Of a DNA stretch of 64,000 bases, positions 17,467 through 26,348 are shown in pieces. The notes under the pieces were generated by a model. The model made no database searches, was not told the DNA's origin, and saw nothing but the letters and a program-made list of their open reading frames with translations. Both the position numbers and the translations under genes were made by a program. How positions within the stretch are numbered: the first letter of the stretch is position 1; every line of letters begins with the position of its first letter. Source of the DNA: Candidatus Gottesmanbacteria bacterium RIFCSPHIGHO2_02_FULL_39_11 (GTDB lineage Bacteria > Patescibacteriota > Microgenomatia > 2-02-FULL-39-11); NCBI GenBank assembly GCA_001779195.1, contig MFJL01000026.1, positions 3,226 through 67,225 of the forward strand. Reading direction: 5' to 3'.

Positions 17467-18864
17467 TTAAGTACCGGGAAAGGATATAGATACTGTGGTA
17501 CCATGTTCTACTTTGCTGTCGATATCTATTTTCCCGTGATGTGAGGAAATGATAGCCTGAGCAATCGCAAGACCAAGCCCGGAGCCTGAAGCTTTCTCAT
17601 TCTTTGACGCTCTATAAAACCGTTCGAAAATATGGGGCAGATCTTTTTTAGCAATTCCAGTGCCATTGTCTTTTATCTCTACATGAACCAGATTCCTTAT
17701 CTTATGTAACATAATGGTAACTGTTCCATTCTCGTGTGTGTACTTCATTGCGTTATCAACAATATTTAGTATGGCATGGAATAATTTATCTCTTTTCCCG
17801 TGTATTTTAATATCCGGCGCGGTTTCTCCGGTAATTTTAATATTTTTAGAAGAAGCCATTTTTGTCGCCAGTTCGCGGATTTCCTCCAGAAGCTCTGAAA
17901 GATCAAAAACTTCAAAATGAGCAGTAACATCCGCTTCTGACCACGCAAGATCCAAAATGTTTTCCAGCGTTTGCGACATTCTTTTATTATCGATAAGTGT
18001 TTCATCCAAAGCCTTTATATACTCATTTTTTCCTCTCTCTTTTAAGCGTATAATCTCGATATTGCTTCTTTGGGTAGCCAGAGGAGTTTTCAGTTCATGG
18101 GCTACATCTCCAATAAATTGCCGTTCCCTTTTAAATGCCGAATTTAACCGGTCCAAAAGACTGTTAAAAGTTACTGCTAATTCTTTAATCTCGTCATTAG
18201 TGTCGGGAGTATCTACTCGTTCATCAAGATTTTCGTGGCTTATCTTTTTCAGTTTTTCAGAAATGGATGCGATGGGTGCAATCGCGCTTTTGGCGAGAAG
18301 GTATCCCCCAAAAACAGTCGGCAATAAAAATACTACAAAAACGGCTCCAAGTATCAGGAGTAAATTGTTTAGAGAGTTTTCAATCACGTCAATCGGATGA
18401 CCGACAAACACAACCCCATACAACTGATTGTTTTTATAGATGGGGTCAATCCAGAAACGCATTCTAAGATCAGAAATAGTGTGATCTGTAATATGAGGGG
18501 ATTTTGCCGTCGCGGCTTGTTCAAAAAGTTGAGATAGTTTTTTATCGGATCGGTTAACGGTAACGGAACTGCCTACAATATTGCCGGTACTATCCATCAA
18601 AATTACAACCATTCCAGGAATATCGCTAAACTCAGAAAGAAAAGCATTTCGTGCCATCATCTGACATGTTTGACAGGATAGGTTCCCTTCTTTTGTGATC
18701 ACTTCAACAATCGAATTTCCGTGTGATTTAAGTGTTGCATCCGTTTGTGAATATAGAGTGTTTTTTGTAATGAGATAAAAACTGGCAAAAATGACTAGAG
18801 ATGCTATAAAAAAGGCAAGGGAATACCAAACCGTTAGACGAAATCTGACACTTCTCGTATTCAT
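17467..18864 (-). CDS. HAMP-domain sensor histidine kinase
   Basis: Two TMs, AHELKTPL, NIVDNAMKY, DNGTG, GSGLGL; CQTC in the sensor domain. Confidence 0.92.
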   Translation of the reverse strand: MNTRSVRFRLTVWYSLAFFIASLVIFASFYLITKNTLYSQTDATLKSHGNSIVEVITKEGNLSCQTCQMMARNAFLSEFSDIPGMVVILMDSTGNIVGSSVTVNRSDKKLSQLFEQAATAKSPHITDHTISDLRMRFWIDPIYKNNQLYGVVFVGHPIDVIENSLNNLLLILGAVFVVFLLPTVFGGYLLAKSAIAPIASISEKLKKISHENLDERVDTPDTNDEIKELAVTFNSLLDRLNSAFKRERQFIGDVAHELKTPLATQRSNIEIIRLKERGKNEYIKALDETLIDNKRMSQTLENILDLAWSEADVTAHFEVFDLSELLEEIRELATKMASSKNIKITGETAPDIKIHGKRDKLFHAILNIVDNAMKYTHENGTVTIMLHKIRNLVHVEIKDNGTGIAKKDLPHIFERFYRASKNEKASGSGLGLAIAQAIISSHHGKIDIDSKVEHGTTVSISFPGT

Positions 18865-19535
18865 ATTGATTCACTTATTTTATATCCGACACCGTGCAGG
18901 GTATGGATAAGTTTAACTTTCGCTCCTTTATCTACCTTACGCCTGATTGCAGCAAGAAAAACATCTACAACATTGCTCATGCTGTCAAAGTTATAGTCCC
19001 AGACATGTTCAATGATCATGGTTCGTGAAACAACTTCATCTTTATGACGGAGTAAAAGTTCCAGGACTGAAAATTCCTTAGGAGTAAGGGTAATAGGTTT
19101 TCCATTTCTTGTTAATAGATGTTTAATCGGATCCAGTTCCAAATCGGCAACACTTAGCGTGGGTGATGATTCCCCTTTACTGCGTCTTATAAGTGCGTGT
19201 ATTCGCGAGCGAAGTTCCAGATAGGCGAAAGGTTTTGTAATATAATCATCTGCTCCGCTATCAAGGCCGATAACTTTCTCTTCAAGCGTAGCACGGGCAG
19301 TGAGCATAAGGATTGGAGTTTTAATATTTTTCTTACGAAGTTCTTTGCAGATGGTTATCCCATCTGCTTTTGGCAGAGTTATATCCAATATAATAAGATC
19401 ATATTCTTCAGATTCTGCAAGATATTTTCCTTCTTCCCCATCATAAGCGATATCTACAGCAAATCCTTCTTCCGTAAGACCTTTTTTGACTACATTTGCA
19501 AGGCGCCTCTCATCTTCTACAAGAAGTATTCTCAT
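18861..19535 (-). CDS. OmpR-family response regulator (CusR/CzcR-like)
   Basis: ILLVED, LIILD, GADDYITKPF, VWDYNFDSMSNVVDV, TLHGVGY. Confidence 0.93.
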   Translation of the reverse strand: MRILLVEDERRLANVVKKGLTEEGFAVDIAYDGEEGKYLAESEEYDLIILDITLPKADGITICKELRKKNIKTPILMLTARATLEEKVIGLDSGADDYITKPFAYLELRSRIHALIRRSKGESSPTLSVADLELDPIKHLLTRNGKPITLTPKEFSVLELLLRHKDEVVSRTMIIEHVWDYNFDSMSNVVDVFLAAIRRKVDKGAKVKLIHTLHGVGYKISESI

Positions 19536-19543
19536 AGCCTCTG

Positions 19544-19576
19544 ATTATACACCAAAAAGGTTAAGATTTTATGAAG
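19544..19576 (-). promoter_or_regulatory. Autoregulatory response-regulator box + -10 promoter
   Basis: Minus strand CTTCAT-AAAAT-CTTAAC, 10 nt, TATAAT, 8 nt, ATG. Confidence 0.65.
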
Positions 19577-19598
19577 TTTCCGGTTAGGAACAATATAC

Positions 19599-19628
19599 TT
19601 GACAAGTATATTAGTAATTGCTAATATA
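19599..19628 (+). promoter_or_regulatory. Promoter with ArsR-type operator
   Basis: TTGACA-N17-TAATAT; near-perfect palindrome TATATTAGTAATTGCTAATATA at 19607-19628. Confidence 0.75.
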
Positions 19629-19634
19629 GTTAAG

Positions 19635-19913
19635 ATGAAACACGATGTTATTTCCGCATTATGCAATCCGGTGAGACTTAAACTTATTCTCTGCCTTGCC
19701 AGAAAAAGCAAAAACGTACAAGAGCTTATACATACCTGTGGTTTATCTCAGTCGGCAGTTTCCCAACATTTAAATAAGCTAAGAAAAGCCGGGTTAGTAA
19801 AAGATCGAAAGGAAGGTCTATTTATTTATTACTCACTAAAGTATCCTAAAACCGCAAAAATTGCTGAGATGGTTATTAAATTTACTAAGGAGATACGGAA
19901 TGAAAAACAATAA
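19635..19913 (+). CDS. ArsR/SmtB family regulator
   Basis: NPVRLKLI, LSQSAVSQHLNKLRKAGLV, G.FIYYSL; start moved to ATG 19635. Confidence 0.9.
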   Translation: MKHDVISALCNPVRLKLILCLARKSKNVQELIHTCGLSQSAVSQHLNKLRKAGLVKDRKEGLFIYYSLKYPKTAKIAEMVIKFTKEIRNEKQ

Positions 19914-20166
19914 AAGTATCACGCATGTAAAATTATACTCAACATTAACCTGTCCGTACTGCATCATGGAACAATCATGGTTAGAAAGTAAAAAGATACA
20001 ACATGAAGTTGTTCATGTGGACCTAAATCCGAAGGAGGCGGAATATATGGTAGAAAAGACCGGACAGATGGGAGTTCCGGTAACGGAGATTGGCTATAAG
20101 GACGGAAAAATGGAATATGTTATCGGATTTGATCAAACGCATCTGGAACAGATTTTACATGTTTGA
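19900..20166 (+). CDS. Glutaredoxin/NrdH-like protein
   Basis: TCPYC, TGQMGVPV, IGFD; start ATG 19900. Confidence 0.88.
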   Translation: MKNNKSITHVKLYSTLTCPYCIMEQSWLESKKIQHEVVHVDLNPKEAEYMVEKTGQMGVPVTEIGYKDGKMEYVIGFDQTHLEQILHV

Positions 20167-20500
20167 TATTACAGAACCTCAAGTTCCGGAAATTACCGCA
20201 GAAAACGTAAAAAAATCCATCGATGCAAAAGAGGGAGCACTTCTACTGGATGTCCGGACTGCCGGAGAATACTTGCGTGGAAAAATTGAAGGAAGCATAA
20301 ATATACCGGTGGATGAAGTGACAAACTTCGTCGAATCGGTTGTCCCGGATAAAAGTCATACCATATACGTTTATTGTCTGTCTGGCTCCCGAAGCGTTCA
20401 TGCGGTTAGCACAATGGTAAAACTGGGATACACGCGTGTCTACAATATGATAAACGGCTTACTGGCGTGGCGGGCAAAGGGTTACCCGGTAGAAGGATAA
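20159..20500 (+). CDS. Rhodanese-like protein
   Basis: LLDVRT..EY, YCLSGSRS, GLLAW; start ATG 20159. Confidence 0.88.
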   Translation: MFDITEPQVPEITAENVKKSIDAKEGALLLDVRTAGEYLRGKIEGSINIPVDEVTNFVESVVPDKSHTIYVYCLSGSRSVHAVSTMVKLGYTRVYNMINGLLAWRAKGYPVEG

Positions 20501-20511
20501 TCTGTCAGAAC

Positions 20512-21084
20512 TCATTTCTCCACCGGTTCTTCCTTCTTCTGTTTTCTTCTTGTCCAAAGCTTTTCAAACCACCAGGGAATGGTGGTCATGGGGCCGAAAA
20601 TGCTGCCTATAATTGAAAAAAGCTTTGTCTGTCCTGTGGTAAACCCGAAGGTATTTGTGACAGTGATCCCTAATATTTTTGTATTTAAACTGTCAGACAC
20701 CGCTATCTCATACGTACCGGTTTTTCGGGGAGTCATAATCCAGGAGAGAAACCCTTTGCTTCCTTTTTGAAGGGTGATCGTCTGTTCGTCTTTGGAAGGC
20801 GTAATATCAAACCCGGGAGAACGCAGGGAGAGAATGGAGACACAATTCTCCGAGGCGGGATTATCTATATGTATAAGAAGAGCTTGGGATTTGTCCTCCG
20901 ACATCACCCGTTCCGAAACGTCCGCGTTCCAGATGCAGAGGGGCGGCCCCTGTACTATTCCATGTGCCGTTTTTTCGCTATCGCGGGAAACAGCATTTTT
21001 CTCCTCCTGATAAAGGGTAAAAAGAAAATACAGGCTGACAAGGAAAAACACAGCGCCGAGTATTCCAATAATTTTTTTTGTCAT
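20512..21084 (-). CDS. Hypothetical membrane protein
   Basis: 190-aa ORF with terminal hydrophobic segments. Confidence 0.6.
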   Translation of the reverse strand: MTKKIIGILGAVFFLVSLYFLFTLYQEEKNAVSRDSEKTAHGIVQGPPLCIWNADVSERVMSEDKSQALLIHIDNPASENCVSILSLRSPGFDITPSKDEQTITLQKGSKGFLSWIMTPRKTGTYEIAVSDSLNTKILGITVTNTFGFTTGQTKLFSIIGSIFGPMTTIPWWFEKLWTRRKQKKEEPVEK

Positions 21085-21089
21085 TTAAA

Positions 21090-22066
21090 TTAAATTATGA
21101 ATAGGAAGGGGGATTTTTAAATGTTTCTTCCAAACTGTTTTTTACAGATATAAAATCCATCTTTTCTCTTTCATGAATAAGAGCTTTTATACCTTGTATA
21201 GCACCATCGTATTTTGAAAATAACTGTCTGACCGTCTGTTGTACTTCAGCATCCATACTTCCAATCTCTAACTGTAGTTGAGATTGTCTGCCTTGGCTAA
21301 AATGAACCTGGGAATTAAGCCATGCCAGTAGTCTTTGTTGATAGAATTCTTCTTTTCCCGATCTCTTTCTCCGTTCTCATTGACTGATCTAAAATACTGA
21401 GCAATATCCAGATTATCCTCTATATATAACGAGTCTGCTTCCCACCGGGCAGTTCCTGATCCTTCCATTCCCCCTCCTCCTAAATCTGCCAAGGCAACCG
21501 CCTGAGCAACTAAGTTTCCTTTGTATTTCACAAACTCCGGTTGCGTCACAGTTCCTAGGGATACGTCAAAATTGGGAACAGTCAATAGAATTGCTTCCTG
21601 TACTTTCTGTCTATCTGATTCCGTAAATACTTCCTCCCCCGTTTCTTTATTAACCCCTGTCATATATTCTATCGCCAACTTGGCGCTGGACTGTTCATTA
21701 TTTCCCAAAGCACGTTTTCTTTTTACCATTGCCCGCCCTTTAGCATCTTCTTACCGGATTCGGCTTCCAATTCTGGACCGTATCATGCCATGCCGCGGCA
21801 AATTTGGCCAGACCAATATCTCTCTCTGTGACTTTATGTGAATTGGGGTTTGCCTGTCTTACTGCATTCAGGATACTTTCGCTCCGATGCATCACCCCTT
21901 GTGTATGAATTCTTATATGGTATGACAATCGGTTTTCGAGATTGGGATTTCTTTCAAAGTTTTCTTCAATTCTGGATAAGGCAGATGAAATCCCCCGTGC
22001 GATTGAGGCGTTGAATTTTTGTTCGTGTGATAAATTCCCTTCTGAAGGTTGAATCGTTTCAGTCAT
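21090..22066 (-). pseudogene. HD-domain protein split by two frameshifts
   Basis: LSYH..HT and AAAWHD in 22066-21740; ALADLG in 21729-21268; a third frame (EEFYQQRLLAWLNSQVHF...) runs to 21090. Confidence 0.7.
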
Positions 22067-22149
22067 TATGGGTGAATTATTTCATAAGAAGGAACAAGAA
22101 ATCAAATGGAGCTCTTCCTGATAAAAATATGGTTTTGCTTTTCATAGAA

Positions 22150-22398
22150 TCATTTATACACTCCGTGTCTGTGTGCAATCGTCACAACATATACCCTCTT
22201 TTCTTTTTCATGGACATAATAAAGTATCCGGTAGGGCCAGGCCCGCAGAGACCTCGTTTCCGACAAAGTCCCCGAAAGTTTTTTGCCTTCTGCAGAATTT
22301 TTTTCCAGGAGTAAAAGTCTTTTTCTTATCTTTATTTGTTCCGTTTTCGGAAGACGAAGATATTGCTTAGCGGCTTTCGGAGTAATAATGACTTCCAT
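22150..22398 (-). CDS. RelE/ParE family toxin
   Basis: GKKLSG, SLRAWPYRILY, IAHR..VYK. Confidence 0.9.
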   Translation of the reverse strand: MEVIITPKAAKQYLRLPKTEQIKIRKRLLLLEKNSAEGKKLSGTLSETRSLRAWPYRILYYVHEKEKRVYVVTIAHRHGVYK

Positions 22399-22401
22399 TT
22401 T

Positions 22402-22656
22402 TTATTTTAAGTCAGAGAGACGGATGCCCTGACCCTTTTTTGCCTGTTTCATGCCTTCCGAAATGCTTTTTTTGGCTCCGGGAATGGCAAAGATTTCCGC
22501 TGTCTCTTCAAGAGATTCTAATTCCTCCGCACTTACAAGTGTTGCCTTCGGCTGTCCGTTCACGGTGATCGTCACCCGATCCATATGCTGACTGACCTTA
22601 TTGACCAGATCCGGAAGGATCATTCGCGCGTCCGATATAGAAATTATGTTGCTCAT
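22402..22656 (-). CDS. Phd/YefM family antitoxin
   Basis: ISDAR..L..LV, ITVNGQP.A.LVS.EELESLEET; start moved to ATG 22656. Confidence 0.9.
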   Translation of the reverse strand: MSNIISISDARMILPDLVNKVSQHMDRVTITVNGQPKATLVSAEELESLEETAEIFAIPGAKKSISEGMKQAKKGQGIRLSDLK

Positions 22657-22662
22657 ACCTAA

Positions 22663-22691
22663 AATGTACAACATTATGTACAAGATGTCAA
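22663..22691 (-). promoter_or_regulatory. TA promoter with twin TGTACA operator
   Basis: TTGACA-N17-TACATT, 6 nt before ATG; TGTACA at 22665 and 22677. Confidence 0.8.
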
Positions 22692-22762
22692 GAGGAGATA
22701 TAACCACTATTTGCGCAAGTTAAAAACAAAATGCAGAATTTCATATGCAAGATCTTTCCTTT

Positions 22763-23182
22763 TCACTCTGAAACTGTAAATTTATTTTTCTTATAACTCT
22801 TGATTAAATATTCTGCGGCTGGAAATAAGTTTTGTGGGATTTTATCTTTATCAAACCATTCCCATTTCTCCCAGTCCTCCGGAATTAAGAGTTTCGGTCC
22901 ACCATCAATTTCTGCTGTTACTCCTATGCCGATATAGTGATTGCCGAAGGCGTAATTTGCGTTTACGGAAATGATTTTATACTTTTTAATACCGCATCCG
23001 AACTCTTCTTTGATATTCCGTCTCACCGTATCCCCGATTTTTTCTGCGAATCTGATATCTCTTCCAGGTACACCGTAAACCTGTTGTCCGTTATACATCC
23101 ACTTCTTAGTCAGTAGACCCAAGAGAATTTTATTATCTTTAATAACCAAAATAGCTACACTAACTTTTGGATATTTTTTCAT
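22763..23182 (-). CDS. Nudix-fold protein with degenerate Nudix box
   Basis: PKVSVAILVIKD, PG....E.......RNIKEEFG, WEWF. Confidence 0.75.
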   Translation of the reverse strand: MKKYPKVSVAILVIKDNKILLGLLTKKWMYNGQQVYGVPGRDIRFAEKIGDTVRRNIKEEFGCGIKKYKIISVNANYAFGNHYIGIGVTAEIDGGPKLLIPEDWEKWEWFDKDKIPQNLFPAAEYLIKSYKKNKFTVSE

Positions 23183-23260
23183 ATTAGGCTGGGTTTACAT
23201 ATTCTGTTAGAACTTATTTTATTAATTTTTAAGTATATATTTCAACAAAATATACTGTCA

Positions 23261-23875
23261 CTAGTTCAAATATTTTTCAATTTTATCAATAATCTTCTTT
23301 GCATTATCAAACACATTATTAACATCTTTTTTTTGATAAAAATCATCCGTCTCTTTTAAGGCAGCTAGATGTATTCTGTTTCTTATCTTTCTTATTTTCT
23401 CTGCACAATCATATTCTTCTTTATCAAAAACTTTTGCTCTAAAGGCAGCTTTATTTAGTGTAATAAATTGAGTACTATCTTCAAAAGATTCACATTGTTT
23501 ACGTTTTATGACGCCACAAACTTTTTCAACTCCTGATATTTTATAGAGATCTTTGCATGTGATTTCTTTCCATTCAATATCCATAATATCTTTTTCTTCG
23601 ATCTTATTTAGAAATATAGCAGTTTTTAAACAGTAATATATGCAACTTTCTACTATTGCGGCAGTATGAACAATAATATCCTTAAATATAGAGTATGAAA
23701 TGGGACCTGGTAATTTTACTTTATCTTCCTCTAGGATAATCAAAAAGAGAATGTACCTAAAAGAAATAGTAATGTTTGTTCCTAAAAGATCATCTTTGAT
23801 AAATTTAAATCTAGCCTCAATGGTCTTTTGGGAAGGAATTTGCGGATTTAAAGAAGATAAAATCTTACTACCCAT
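23261..23875 (-). CDS. Hypothetical helical protein, HEPN/Abi-like
   Basis: AAIVES helix and RKIRNRIH motif; very AT-rich. Confidence 0.6.
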   Translation of the reverse strand: MGSKILSSLNPQIPSQKTIEARFKFIKDDLLGTNITISFRYILFLIILEEDKVKLPGPISYSIFKDIIVHTAAIVESCIYYCLKTAIFLNKIEEKDIMDIEWKEITCKDLYKISGVEKVCGVIKRKQCESFEDSTQFITLNKAAFRAKVFDKEEYDCAEKIRKIRNRIHLAALKETDDFYQKKDVNNVFDNAKKIIDKIEKYLN

Positions 23876-24029
23876 TTTTGAGTAATTTACTTAATGAATC
23901 ATACCCTTTTTCTTTAAGATATTTGCCTAATTTCTTATCTGATCTCACACCAAAATCTTTACCATATTTTTTTTCAATAGTACCCATTTTCGTATCAGTT
24001 CTTTTACTTCTAAAGCTGGGATTCTTCAT
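23868..24029 (-). CDS. 53-aa basic protein (not in ORF track)
   Basis: MKNPSFRSKRTDTKMGTIEKKYGKDFGVRSDKKLGKYLKEKGYDSLSKLLKNG; TATAAT 6 nt upstream; 8-nt overlap with the next gene. Confidence 0.75.
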   Translation of the reverse strand: MKNPSFRSKRTDTKMGTIEKKYGKDFGVRSDKKLGKYLKEKGYDSLSKLLKNG

Positions 24030-24122
24030 ACATTTATTATATACTACTTTTCATTTTTTTTGTTTTAGTCATCGCTTGATCAATTAATATATCAACAAAA
24101 AAGGATAAAAACATAAATCCTA

Positions 24123-24150
24123 AAATCCTCCACCCTCCAGGTGGGGATGA
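24123..24150. repeat. 28-bp direct repeat, copy 1
   Basis: AAATCCTCCACCCTCCAGGTGGGGATGA. Confidence 0.85.
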
Positions 24151-24204
24151 CTATTAGGGTCTATTTCTCACCCAACTAACAAGAAATATTGTACCGTATA
24201 GTTG

Positions 24205-24582
24205 CTAAGTCATACGATAAATATATGCATCTTCGATGAAGTAGTTATTAATCGTATTTTTAGAAAATCTGATACCAGAAATAGCAGTTCTTCCGGTACT
24301 TATAGCTTTTTTTAGCATAACTACTAAATTGTTATTGGGACTTACTACAGATATGTCCTTAAGGGAAATAATATTATTTCCAAGATAACTCTGGATGTCC
24401 TGGTAAACCTTTAAAGGTCCTTCTTCGTCAACTCTGGAGGAAGATATGACATATTTCCAACTATCAGAATTTTGATCATAGAACCACATAGCTGCATTAA
24501 CAGGAAATTTTTTTGAATCTAAGTTTTTCAATAACGTTTTACCCTCCGTTATGTATTTATCTACCAATATTTTTGTATCCAT
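24205..24582 (-). CDS. Hypothetical partner of HEPN protein
   Basis: AAMWFY...W, IEDAYIYR; overlaps the HEPN gene. Confidence 0.7.
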   Translation of the reverse strand: MDTKILVDKYITEGKTLLKNLDSKKFPVNAAMWFYDQNSDSWKYVISSSRVDEEGPLKVYQDIQSYLGNNIISLKDISVVSPNNNLVVMLKKAISTGRTAISGIRFSKNTINNYFIEDAYIYRMT

Positions 24583-24977
24583 TGCAATACTCCTTTCCTT
24601 GAATCAGTGATTGATAGGATCATGTCTTCTGCTTTTTTTCGTTGGTGCTGTTCATAACGAGCATTTTCTGACCAATCCTTAGCAACACCCCAATAGGTAT
24701 CGAATGTCTTATCTGCTTTTATCTGGTTATTAAGTTTTATTTCTAGCCCTGCTCCTTTTATCAGTTTTTCCAACTCATGTGTGTAGATGTTGTCAAGTGA
24801 TTTTCTGTCTAAAGGGAAATCGCCTTTCCTCGTTTTTCTAGCTATGCATGCTTTAAGTGCACACTCGATTACATATCCACTAATATAATACGCTCCCGAA
24901 TAATGACCCTTTTTTAGAAGAATTTGTGCTTCTTTTAATCGTATCGTTGATAGTTTTTTAAAGAGTAATCTATTCAT
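24561..24977 (-). CDS. HEPN-domain protein
   Basis: RLKEAQILL, GAYYISGYVIECALKACI, THEL..L, WSE..RY. Confidence 0.8.
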   Translation of the reverse strand: MNRLLFKKLSTIRLKEAQILLKKGHYSGAYYISGYVIECALKACIARKTRKGDFPLDRKSLDNIYTHELEKLIKGAGLEIKLNNQIKADKTFDTYWGVAKDWSENARYEQHQRKKAEDMILSITDSRKGVLQWIQKYW

Positions 24978-25086
24978 AGAATTAAAAAAATAGATTCAAA
25001 TACATTTTAACATATCCGTGAAAGAGTGAGACTTTCCGAAGTGTTCACGTTGTTGATGTGATGGTCAAACTTAGGTATACCCAATC

Positions 25087-25114
25087 AAATCCTCTACCCT
25101 CCAGGTGGAAATGA
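25087..25114. repeat. 28-bp direct repeat, copy 2
   Basis: AAATCCTCTACCCTCCAGGTGGAAATGA. Confidence 0.85.
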
Positions 25115-25162
25115 TAATCTTTTCTTCCATATTATTTTCACCCTTGCTCTGAGTGAGCTGTA

Positions 25163-26212
25163 TTACCTTTCTATGTAATCGTCATTTTTCATCGAAGGAT
25201 CAAGATCAACATAAAAATTTCTTTCCCAGGCATGATGTTTCAATTTTTCCATAAGTTGACCTGTTAATTTACGACCATCCGAAACGGATGCATTATCATC
25301 GACATATTTTACTTTTCTTGTTCCGGGGATAACTGTGGAAATTTCATCAAAAGAAAGTATCCAACGAAGAGCTAATTCCGGTAAAGTTTTTGCCTCGTTT
25401 CCTAAAAGTTTTTCAAGTTTTTTAATTCTTGGGATAAGTAACTTTAATCGTTCCTCACTAAAATATTTTGATCTCATATCGTCGTTAAACTTGCTTTCTA
25501 GTGTAAGTTTTCCGGTTAAACCTCCTTCGTCTCGTGGTACTCGAGCAATTAAACCGACGTTATGCTTTTTGGCAAATGGCAGAAGTTTTTCTGTAGGTTT
25601 TTGGTGAAAAATATTAAAAATAAATTGTATAGTACCAATTAAGCCTGTTTCTAAAGTTTTGAAACAGTTACTTGGTTGGTAATCGTTAATAGAAATTCCC
25701 CAGTATTTTACTTTCCCCTTTTTTGTAATACTCTGTATTTCTGATTTCCAGTCATCCTCTTCCACAAACTGATCTTGCCAGACGTGGAATTGCATGAGAT
25801 CAAGCGAGTCAATCTTTAAACTCTTTAGAGAACTATCAACCATTTTTTCAATATAACCTTTTGGAAATACTTCTGAAATCGGCACACCTCTCCATGCTGG
25901 CCATTTGCGGTTTTTACCGGGAATCTTGGAGGCGATAATTATCTTTTCTCTGTTACCCGACTCTTTAATAAACTTACCGATCAATTCTTCTGAACAATGT
26001 TTTCCTTGTTCATCACCTGGTTCATCAACTCTACCATAAACCCAAGCCGTATCTATAAAATTGCCTCTTAGCTCAACGAAACGATACAATGCTCTCATGC
26101 TTTCATTTTCATCCGGCGCATCCCAACCCCATGGTTTGCCCGCAAGTTGCCATGTACCCATACCAACTTCCGAAACTCGTAATCCTGTTTTACCAAGTGT
26201 TCTGTATTTCAT
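25163..26212 (-). CDS. Aldo/keto reductase
   Basis: LGKTGLRVSEVGMGTWQL, NFIDTAWVYG, SEELIG, ALRWIL, VIPG. Confidence 0.92.
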   Translation of the reverse strand: MKYRTLGKTGLRVSEVGMGTWQLAGKPWGWDAPDENESMRALYRFVELRGNFIDTAWVYGRVDEPGDEQGKHCSEELIGKFIKESGNREKIIIASKIPGKNRKWPAWRGVPISEVFPKGYIEKMVDSSLKSLKIDSLDLMQFHVWQDQFVEEDDWKSEIQSITKKGKVKYWGISINDYQPSNCFKTLETGLIGTIQFIFNIFHQKPTEKLLPFAKKHNVGLIARVPRDEGGLTGKLTLESKFNDDMRSKYFSEERLKLLIPRIKKLEKLLGNEAKTLPELALRWILSFDEISTVIPGTRKVKYVDDNASVSDGRKLTGQLMEKLKHHAWERNFYVDLDPSMKNDDYIER

Positions 26213-26231
26213 ATTTTTATCTTAGTATATT

Positions 26232-26315
26232 CAAATCCTCCAAAACCCTCCACCCTCCAGCCAAAACCCTCCAAAAACCCTCCACCCAAACCCTCCACCC
26301 TCCAGGTGGAAATGA
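26232..26315. repeat. 28-bp repeat copy 3 (26288-26315) preceded by five truncated copies
   Basis: Stuttered AAA(T/C)CCTCCA units, then AAACCCTCCACCCTCCAGGTGGAAATGA. Confidence 0.85.
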
Positions 26316-26348
26316 GTCCACACCTGCTTTTTATTTTTTTCAGAATCT

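Noticed and set aside
24123-26315. CRISPR array or integron attC sites
   Set aside because: Spacing is ~1 kb with genes in between; no cas or intI gene; no RYYYAAC...GTTRRRY attC structure recognised.
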